Assembly: GCF_001194135.2 (NCBI RefSeq)
Contig: NC_068990.1
Span: 84,864,940-84,928,939 of the forward strand
Source of the DNA: Octopus bimaculoides
Taxonomy: Eukaryota
DNA length: 64,000 nucleotides
Direction of reading: 5' to 3'
Position numbers and translations under genes: made by a program. Below the pieces are notes generated by a model. The model ran no database searches. It had not been told where the DNA came from and saw only the letters and a program-made list of their open reading frames with translations. Below, one piece after another: positions 49,901 to 60,814 of the stretch; position 1 is the stretch's first letter, and each line of letters begins with the position of its first letter.

Positions 49901-52900
49901 ATTTCTCTCATGGGTACAAGGTTAAAAACTTGGGGTGGAAGGGAAGGAACAGCTCAGTACTTAACTTATTTAATTGACCCTAGGAAGGATGAAAGGCAAA
50001 GGTCACAAATTTAGGGAAGGAGTGTAGTCTATTTATAGTAACCTTGGAATATCGGAAGGTTGGAATGTCTTTGATCAGAATAGACTTGGAGTACCAATGG
50101 TTCAGACAGACCTGGAATGCTTTTGATCAGGACAGACAGAGAGTGCTTTTGATTAAGGCATGTGTTGGGTACCTGTGATCAGAGCAAGGGCTGGAATATC
50201 ATTGATCAAGACAGACTTGTAGAACAACTATAATGATTTTCATTTCCTAGTTGCTAAAGTTCCACCTTGAAGAAGAAAAGCAATACAATAACAACAAACT
50301 TATAACTTACCAGCTTCTTTATCAATGATATTTAATTCATTTGAAGTTTTAACATTACGTAGCTTTGCTGGTGTCAAAGCCCACACACGTATCACTCCAT
50401 CACCAAACCCAGCACATAATAGGCTGGAGTCATCAGAAAAATCTACAGCAGTAACTCTAGATTGAAAAAAAGAAACAAATTTTAAATGAAAGAGAGAGAA
50501 GGGAACGCAGGGCAGAGGAAAATATAGGGAAAGAGAAAAGGGCAGTGAGAGAGATACAGAAAAACAACAACTCAGCTAGTAAGCTATGGTTGTTGCATTA
50601 AGTATATTTCACATTCCCTCCAAATGTAACACATTATGTCTTGATATTATTTAGTGCAGGAAACCAGCATCAGTTGTCAAGTGATGTTGGACACACACAC
50701 ACACACACACACATATATATGACGGGCTTCTTTCAGTTTCTGTCAACCAAATCCACTCACAAGGCTTTGGTCAGCCTGAAGCTATAATAGAAGATACTTG
50801 CCAAAGTAGGACTGAACCCAGAACCATGTGGTTGGTAAGCAAGCTACTTACCACACAGCCACTCCTGCATCTGCACATAAATTTTAACAACCAAATCTTC
50901 TATGGGCCCCAGTTTAAAACCACTGAGTTGAACAGTTTGACAGGATACAGTAAGCCACAGAACTGCACTGTGCTTTATGTCAGGTCTGGCATGGTTTCTA
51001 TGGCTGTGCCCTTCTTAATACCATTAATTAAAGGTATTTCAACAAAATTCTACCTTTTCGTCAGGCACAGTCTATTTAAACTGACTTTGTCTAATGTGAT
51101 ATTCATGTTTTAAAACAGCAGTATAACACAAGGGAGACTTAGCTGCTATTTCTAGCAAACTGAGTGACTATGTATTCCCTAGAAAAGTTCATGTTGAATA
51201 TGAGTAACACTGACCTAACAAGACTGGGTAAACAATGTAAAGGCCATAAGGCACTGTTAATAATCAGTTTCCTAAAACAATATCTGACTTACCCTTGGTA
51301 GGAGTTCATGAAAGTATAGAAACAAATTGATGGCATTGTATCAGGGCCAAGCTTGATTCTCTTCATGGTCTCACGAAAAGCATTGATTTTTTCCAGTTTG
51401 TCAAGATCCTTTCTGAATATTTAAAATAATACAAATGAGTTCAATAAAACAAAGAACAACATAAATTTTTAATGACAAAAACAAAAACAAAAAACAAAAC
51501 AAAACAAAAACATTCTAATTCATTAATCCTCATTCTCTATCTTGCTATCATAATATAATCTCTGTATAAAAAACTACTCCTAAGTCTTTAATCCTGACCC
51601 AGTAAAAAGTATCATTGAGAATTAATGTTTGCCAACACCATAGAAGTTAATAATTGCAGAAGTTCAGTGGTATTTCCATGAAAATCCATTTTCTTCACCT
51701 CAAATCTGTTAAAATAGTTTTGCACAGGATTATTTTTTCAGGTTGCAAAACAAGAATTCTACAGTTATACAATCTTCATAACACAAATGACACAACAAAG
51801 AACAAATATTACAAAGTGAAAGTCATGAATAGAATATATGTTATTGAAGTATTTACAATTCTGGAAGAGGTATCCTAGCGTTGGATGGAGCATTTGGATC
51901 ATTTTTCGATTTCTTCAACTGTAGAGGGTCTTTCTTAGGTTTTTTTTTCTAGAATGAGCATAAAATAAATATATAAGTATGGAATGAAAAAAACAAACAA
52001 ACAAAATGAAAAAAAGAGTAATTCAGTAAATAAATTCAAACTTTGCTTTAAATGAATCTTAAAAACATGGTTTTATGACTGTGGTAGCAGTGGTTGTTAT
52101 TATTTAGGCTTAGTTCAACTCTGATTGAGCTGATCTATGGTTAAAACATTCCACCCTTGACATTTGCTTTTTAATGAGATACAGCATTTCTAGAACTACA
52201 TTATCCAATGTGTTTTTTTTTTTTTTAATTATTACAGGTATAATTTGAGGAAGATTTAGCTGCTATTTCTAGCAGGTCATTTATCAAATTAAATCTGAAT
52301 AAACATAAATACCTTTGGCTTATCATCATCTCCTGCTTCATCTTCATCTTCTACGGGAATGTTAAGTTCTGGTTCTTTGAGTAACCCATAGTACATCCTT
52401 GATTTGTTGGCTAAACAAACAAATAAACAAATAATACATCAACTAATGCAATGGAAATGAATGGCAAAATAGTAAGAGTTAGCCACTGGTGGTTTGTTAC
52501 CAGTCATTTCCAGAAGGCTCACTGATTCTCATTTTCTGAATTTGTCGTTGCCAGTGCCCCTGGACTGGCTCCTGTGCAGGTGGCAGGTAAAATACACCAT
52601 TTTGAGCGTGGCCGTTGCTAGTACTGCCTGACTGGCCTTCGTGCCGGTGGCACGTAAAAGCACCCACTACACTCTCGGAGTGGTTGGCGTTAGGAAGGGC
52701 ATCCAGCTGTAGAATCTCTGCTATATCAGATTGGAGCCTGGTGTAGCCATCTGGTTCACCAGTCCTCAGTCAAATCGTCCAACCCATGCTAGCATGGAAA
52801 GCAGATGATGATGATGATGAATGAGACAAACCTTAATATAATATACAGGAAAAAATTAGAACAATCTTAACTTTTTTTTTAAGGAGCTGTCATAGAAGAA

Positions 52901-55794
52901 GGATAGCACCATCCATCCATCCAAACTGGGTGGAAGAAATTGGAAACTTTGAGTACTTGTACAGAAGAATCTTGGCTAAAGGTACCACACAAGGTGGTGG
53001 TTTCAAACTTGCTGATGGATTAATCTGCTTCTCTGTAGTTGGATCCCTTTTTCAGCTATGCCTCAATTTAGCATGTTCTCTGGTCTACCTCCCTTGTCAG
53101 AGCCTGACATGTCAAATGATTCCTAGAGAGAAGGTCATCCTGTCTCAGGTCTTGTTGGTATAGAATTATCATTGATGCTTCTGTATCTTTGCTTTTTTCT
53201 AGGTAAGGGCACTGACCCTGTGGAAACCCATTTTTATTTCTGTAAAAAGGTGGTTCATATTAGTCTGGCCTTTATCCTTTGAGAGGCCTAACAAAGAACA
53301 AAGAGCTTGCACTCCACTGGCATAGCTCAATGACCATAACATCATAACAAAGACTAGCTCCTATGATGGCAGTCTGGATCTGCTAAATAAAAATATCAAC
53401 GAGGAACCAATTAATTAATAAAATGTTTTTTTAATTCTTTTTTGTATTTTTGGTTTATTTTGAAAATAGGCAGTAAATTGTTGTTAGAAATGTGGTAATA
53501 AAATAGTTGATTCACTCTAAGATGTTAACATACCTTCTCTTTTTGCTTCTCCCAGAAAGCCTCCAGCTACGGCATCAATCTGTTGCTTTGTACGAGGTAC
53601 TCCATCATAAACTGAAATGTTGGTAAAATAACCATTTTAACACAATGTGTTAACATGTAAACGGCCCCTTTCCCCAGAGAAGAAAAGATTTGGTTGCTAT
53701 TTCTTGCACGCCCTGCTGCCACATAACAGGTATTTCGAGTCCTTTATCGCAAACAGCTGTTACGTGGTAGCAGAGTGTGTTAGAAAGAGCAGCCAAATCT
53801 TTGGAGATGAAATACATTGAATGCACTCAAAAGAAACCCATGGAAAAAAACTATTTCACACCAAGGTTGCGAACGGGTCTTTTACAAAATACCATATTTT
53901 TAAAGTCATTTTTACTTTAAAATATTTTGTTCACCAAAATGTGTCTAATGGAAAGGTTAGAGTCTCTTCCCTTTCAGGGTCAAGTTATTTTCGGAGTATT
54001 TTTACCATTATGCACCGTTTCGGGTATTTATACTCCAAAACCCTGACTGGTCCAATTTACACAAAACTTTTTTTTATTCCGTTTGTATTCTCATTTAAGG
54101 AGCACTTTACTTTCAAAGTATTTTCCCATTAGGTGCCAGTTTGGCTGTGTAACATTACAAGCAAGCAAAATTGAACTTCCCTTTTAATAGTATATAGATA
54201 GATAGATGAATACGAAACAGACTCACCATCAATAAAAAGATGTTCTTGGATAATATTCAACAAAAGATTCAGTTGTTTGTCCTGTAGGTGTCTTTTCAAT
54301 TGGTTGTAAGAGTCACGTGACATCTTTATACTAAAGCTGCTTGATCTGAAATAGTTTGCAAAAATTAACACACATTTTGAGCTTAATCAAGCATTCTAAG
54401 GAGGTGCTTGACCTGCTGGAAATAGTAATCAAATATCCCTCATATCACACCTAACAGTCCTCATAAAAGGGAAAGATATCTTGAATAATGATTTATTGAT
54501 TTTGCCATCCATTAATAATAATAATAATAATATGCATGGCCCTGCTCAGTATGTAGAAAAGGAGTAGGTAGTAACTCTATAAGATGTACCCGGTGCAAGC
54601 TATGGACACATAAGAGGTGCAGCAACATCAAAGGCAGGTTAACTAGCAAGTTAGTTTTTGTTTGTGGCAGATGTTCAGGTGCAATAAAGACTGCAAACAA
54701 ACAGGAAACAACTTCTATCTCATTCCAGGGTGAAAAACTAGAGGTAGTCGATAGCTTCCGCTATCTGGGCGACCAAGTTAGTAGTGGGGGTGGGTGCGCT
54801 GAAAGTGTAGCTGCTAGAATAAGAATAGCCTGGGCAAAGTTTAGAGAGCTCTTACCCCTGCTGGCGACAAAGGGACTCTCACTCAGAGTAAAAGGCAGNN
54901 NNNNNNNNNNNNNNNNNNNNNNNNNNNNNNNNNNNNNNNNNNNNNNNNNNNNNNNNNNNNNNNNNNNNNNNNNNNNNNNNNNNNNNNNNNNNNNNNNNNN
55001 NNNNNNNNNNNNNNNNNNNNNNNNNNNNNNNNNNNNNNNNNNNNNNNNNNNNNNNNNNNNNNNNNNNNNNNNNNNNNNNNNNNNNNNNNNNNNNNNNNNN
55101 NNNNNNNNNNNNNNNNNNNNNNNNNNNNNNNNNNNNNNNNNNNNNNNNNNNNNNNNNNNNNNNNNNNNNNNNNNNNNNNNNNNNNNNNNNNNNNNNNNNN
55201 NNNNNNNNNNNNNNNNNNNNNNNNNNNNNNNNNNNNNNNNNNNNNNNNNNNNNNNNNNNNNNNNNNNNNNNNNNNNNNNNNNNNNNNNNNNNNNNNNNNN
55301 NNNNNNNNNNNNNNNNNNNNNNNNNNNNNNNNNNNNNNNNNNNNNNNNNNNNNNNNNNNNNNNNNNNNNNNNNNNNNNNNNNNNNNNNNNNNNNNNNNNN
55401 NNNNNNNNNNNNNNNNNNNNNNNNNNNNNNNNNNNNNNNNNNNNNNNNNNNNNNNNNNNNNNNNNNNNNNNNNNNNNNNNNNNNNNNNNNNNNNNNNNNN
55501 NNNNNNNNNNNNNNNNNNNNNNNNNNNNNNNNNNNNNNNNNNNNNNNNNNNNNNNNNNNNNNNNNNNNNNNAGAAACTCTGCCAAATCAGACTGGAGCCT
55601 GGTGTTGCCATCCGGTTTCACCAGTCCTCAGTCAAATCGTCCAACCCATGCTAGCATGGAAAGCGGACGTTAAACGATGATGATGATGCATGTGCCTGGT
55701 GTACCCTTATCAGACGAGTAGTCATGATGGGTATACTGGGCTTTGTATATTTTATCCCAGTGTCACTTTGATGGCATGCACTGCTCTCTCACTC

Positions 55795-55838
<44 letters not shown>

Positions 55839-58800
55839 CAACAACAATCCAGATTTTGGCACAGAGTCAGCAGTTTTGAGGGCAGGGGGAGTTGATTACA
55901 TCGACCTCAGTGCTCAAATGGTATTTATTTAATCAACCCTGAAAGGATAAAAGGCAAAGTTGATCTCAGCAGAATTTGAACTGAGAATGTAAAGAACTGG
56001 AAGAAATGCCACTAAGCACTTTTGTCTGCTGCATTACCAATTCTATCAGCTGGCTGCCTTTTCAACTATAATTTCTTATATTGGTACAAGACCACAGACT
56101 TACTTGAAGTTTTCCATAAGAGTGTTTCCTTTCATATGTTCCTTTTTGGAGAGAGTTGACAACTTCATTAAATCTTCACTATAGTATTTTTCTTGATATT
56201 TGAAGAATTTGTCAAAAAATTCTTTAGCTGAAAATATATGAAAAACACATTATTCCCACAGATGTACTTAGGTCCTAAACGAAATATGTAACACAGACAT
56301 AAAGTACCTGCTAACCCAGCATAGAGATTTCACATTCTCACAAGCCACAAACTATGAAGGACAGGTGTAGTGAATTGAATAAAACTGCTACAAGACTCAT
56401 AGTACTTATTCAAAGACTCATAGTACTTATTCAAAGACTCATAGTACTTATTCAAAAATATTATTTTTATAAAGTATAAATAATTTTCATTTACAAAATA
56501 TGTGTACATGCAGGTATCTGTCTGGGTGTATGTATATATATATATATGTATATATNNNNNNNNNNNNNNNNNNNNNNNNNNNNNNNNNNNNNNNNNNNNN
56601 NNNNNNNNNNNNNNNNNNNNNNNNNNNNNNNNNNNNNNNNNNNNNNNNNNNNNNNNNNNNNNNNNNNNNNNNNNNNNNNNNNNNNNNNNNNNNNNNNNNN
56701 NNNNNNNNNNNNNNNNNNNNNNNNNNNNNNNNNNNNNNNNNNNNNNNNNNNNNNNNNNNNNNNNNNNNNNNNNNNNNNNNNNNNNNNNNNNNNNNNNNNN
56801 NNNNNNNNNNNNNNNNNNNNNNNNNNNNNNNNNNNNNNNNNNNNNNNNNNNNNNNNNNNNNNNNNNNNNNNNNNNNNNNNNNNNNNNNNNNNNNNNNNNN
56901 NNNNNNNNNNNNNNNNNNNNNNNNNNNNNNNNNNNNNNNNNNNNNNNNNNNNNNNNNNNNNNNNNNNNNNNNNNNNNNNNNNNNNNNNNNNNNNNNNNNN
57001 NNNNNNNNNNNNNNNNNNNNNNNNNNNNNNNNNNNNNNNNNNNNNNNNNNNNNNNNNNNNNNNNNNNNNNNNNNNNNNNNNNNNNNNNNNNNNNNNNNNN
57101 NNNNNNNNNNNNNNNNNNNNNNNNNNNNNNNNNNNNNNNNNNNNNNNNNNNNNNNNNNNNNNNNNNNNNNNNNNNNNNNNNNNNNNNNNNNNNNNNNNNN
57201 NNNNNNNNNNNNNNNNNNNNNNNNNNNNNNNNNNNNNNNNNNNNNNNNNNNNNNNNNNNNNNNNNNNNNNNNNNNNNNNNNNNNNNNNNNNNNNNNNNNN
57301 NNNNNNNNNNNNNNNNNNNNNNNNNNNNNNNNNNNNNNNNNNNNNNNNNNNNNNNNNNNNNNNNNNNNNNNNNNNNNNNNNNNNNNNNNNNNNNNNNNNN
57401 NNNNNNNNNNNNNNNNNNNNNNNNNNNNNNNNNNNATATATATATATATATATACACGGGGGTTAGACAAAATAATGGAAACACCTAGCATCATAATTTT
57501 GAAATATCTATAAAACCATCAAAAGCTTGTTTATTTTTATTCATTTTCCATGCAGTAATGCCTATGATGGTTATGATTATGATAAAAGTGATCTCAAGAA
57601 AGAGAAATAGAAGTATTGAGTAGAATGTTAAGATTTGTTAAAATGCAAAGTATACAAACCATGTGCTTCATGTTCATTGTAGACCAACTCAAGGTACATG
57701 TGAACAAAGATAGGGTACAGTATCACTGACACTTCAACCTGAGAAACAACAAAATAAAAAATACAAAACAATTCATTAATATATGTGCATGTGTTCAGGT
57801 GTGCATGCTTGCACATGTAATAGTTGGAATAGTGAGATAAACAGGTAAAAAAAAACATCTCCTCCTCCTCTTAATAATAATAATAATAATAATGAGACCT
57901 TTTGAGTGGGATGGGCTATTCGACCTGAAGAAAATTCTAACTGGGCCCCACCTGCGAGGTCATGTGCTGTTTATCTTGATATGAGATCACCATGTCACGC
58001 ACATATGGTTGTGATGCATGTGCCTGGTGTACCCTTATCAGACGGGTAGTCATGATGGGTATAATGGGCTTCGTATATTTTACCCCAGTGTCATTTTGAT
58101 GACATGCACTGCTCTCTCACTCACTAATAATAATAATAATAATAATAATCCTTTCTACTATAGGCACAAGGCCTGAAATTTGGGGGAAGGGGGCCAGTCG
58201 ATTAGCTTGACCCTAATACGCAACTGGTACTTAATTTATCGACACTGAAAGAGTGAAAGGCAAAGTCGATCTTGGTGGAACCTCATAATAAAAATAATAA
58301 TAATTTTGGCACAAGGCTAGCAGTTTTGGGGAAGGGTTTAAGTCAATTACATCAACCTCAGTGTGCAACTGGTATTTAATTCATTGAGCTCGAAAGGATG
58401 AAAGGCGAAGTCAACCTTGATAGTGCTAAGCCCTTTGCCTGGCATGCTAATGATTCTGTCAGCTTGCTGCCTTAATAATAATAATAACAACAAGAGCACT
58501 CAGAGAGCGCAAACCTCCACGAAGGCAACACCAACATTCTCTCAATGATTAGCCAGAGATGATTTTTGAAATGAGAATATCTGAAATAAATTTGACTGCT
58601 CTCACAAACGAAAATATTAAAAATGAACCCGACTCTCTCAAAAAATTAAATAAAAAGAAATGGAAATATAATCCAGAATCCTTGTCCAGTACCGGATCGA
58701 TCCCAAAATCTAATCAGTTTGTGCCAGTCACAAGGCCAAATGTCCCTGAAAGTTTCATTCGAATCAATTCAGCAGTTCTTGGAGATATCTTCTCCATGGA

Positions 58801-60754
58801 CAAATAAACAAACACAACTGAAAACAATACCTTTGCCTTCGCGAAGGCAAAGGCAATAATATGCATGGCTGTGTGGTTAAGAAGTTTGCTTTGCAATTAC
58901 ATGGTTCCAGGTTCAATTGCATGGCATCTTGAACAAGTGTTGTCTTATAGCCATGTCAACCCAAGATCCATGGGTGAAACAAGTCAGACTAAAACTGTGC
59001 TCAATCCTATCAGATGAACAGTTGCTGTTATTGGATGGTGGTTGACTGGTCTTACACTCCCACCAGACTGTTTGGTACCTTTAGTGGAGGCCACTCTGTT
59101 GGAAGCATGCCGAACTAGGCTTTCAGCATGAGGATAACCTATCAGTAATAGTTTCTTTAAAAAAATAAAAAATACAAAATATAAGACATGAAACAAAAAT
59201 CTCACCTTATGAACATCTAAACAAGATTCAATAAAATTCATCAGATCTGTATAATAATCATCATAGAGGGTTGGATCATCCTCACTATAAACAAAATAAA
59301 CAGATTATCCATTAATTAATGTTCAATATAATCAGGTCTTGTGTTGACATGATAATTAAAACAAAAATTGTGAACAAACAAAAGATTTTCTTTTCTGTGC
59401 AGGTGACATGTAAAATACACCATTTCGAGCGTGGCCGTTGTCAGTAAGACATTCGAGCGAGATCGTTGCCAGTGCTGATGGACTGGCTCCTGTGCAGGTG
59501 GCACGTAAAGTACACCATTTCGAGCGTGGCCTTTGCCAGTACCGCCTGACTGGCCTTCGTGCCGGTGGCACATAAAAGCACCCACTACACTCTCAGAGTN
59601 NNNNNNNNNAACAAAAGATTTTCTTTTCTGTGCAGGTGACATGTAAAATACACCATTTCGAGCGTGGCCGTTGTCAGTAAGACATTCGAGCGAGATCGTT
59701 GCCAGTGCTGATGGACTGGCTCCTGTGCAGGTGGCACGTAAAGTACACCATTTCGAGCGTGGCCTTTGCCAGTACCGCCTGACTGGCCTTCGTGCCGGTG
59801 GCACATAAAAGCACCCACTACACTCTCAGAGTGGTTGGCGTTAGGAAGGGCATCCAGCTGTAGAAACTCTGCCAAATCAGATTGGAGCCTGGTGTAGCCA
59901 CCTGGTCCACCAGTCCTCAGTCAAATCGTCCAACCCATGCTAGCATGGAAAGCGGACGTTAAACGATGATGATGAAGCTGCGATAAACCAAACAAGTGTA
60001 TAGGGAATGGTGTAGGAGCCTCTGCATGGTTGCACAGCAGCTAAATCTCACATTTACAGTTTGCAAAACAAAAAGAAAAAAAGAAAAAAGGAAAGGGACA
60101 CATTTGGTAAAGTGGCCTTGGGTGCACACTGCTTGAAAAACAAACAAACAAAAAAACAACAGCAAAACTAAGAAAAACAAGATTGCCATTCCTAAAATAT
60201 TTATGACCATGCATCTGCTCAACCAGGACTGATCCAGGATTAAACAACAACAACAAAAAACATACACAAACCTTTTATAGGCAGCCAAAGCATGGGACAC
60301 TTCAGACTCACTTGGTTCTGCACTTTCGATTTTAACATCTTCATCTTTAATGTTAGCTTCTTGGCGAAGAAGGGATTCTGTACTCTAAAACGAGTGAGAA
60401 AAGGACAGATGTTTTGTATCACCAGGATAGGTTGACTAATTTTATGAAATGAACCCATAAATTAGTGAGGATTGGAAGAAAAAAAAAAAAAAAAAAAAAA
60501 AAGAGAGATTTGGTTGCTATTTATAGCAACAGACGAAGTGACCATGTAGTGGTTCCTTTTTAGCATCTGTGTTTTACCAAATGGCATGGGCAGAGCTGTG
60601 TGGGTAAGATGTTTGCTTCCCAACCACCTAGTTTTGGGTTTGGTTCCCTTGCTTGGCACCTTGGGCAGGTGTCTTCCAATATAGCCTCAGGGTGCCCAAA
60701 GCATTATAAGTGGATTTGGTAGATCGAATTTGAAAGAAACCTGTTGTATATGCA

Positions 60755-60814
<60 letters not shown>

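Noticed and set aside
59378-59829. Exact ~220-nt tandem duplication
   Set aside because: The two identical copies abut a 10-N gap, which is typical of an unmerged contig overlap.
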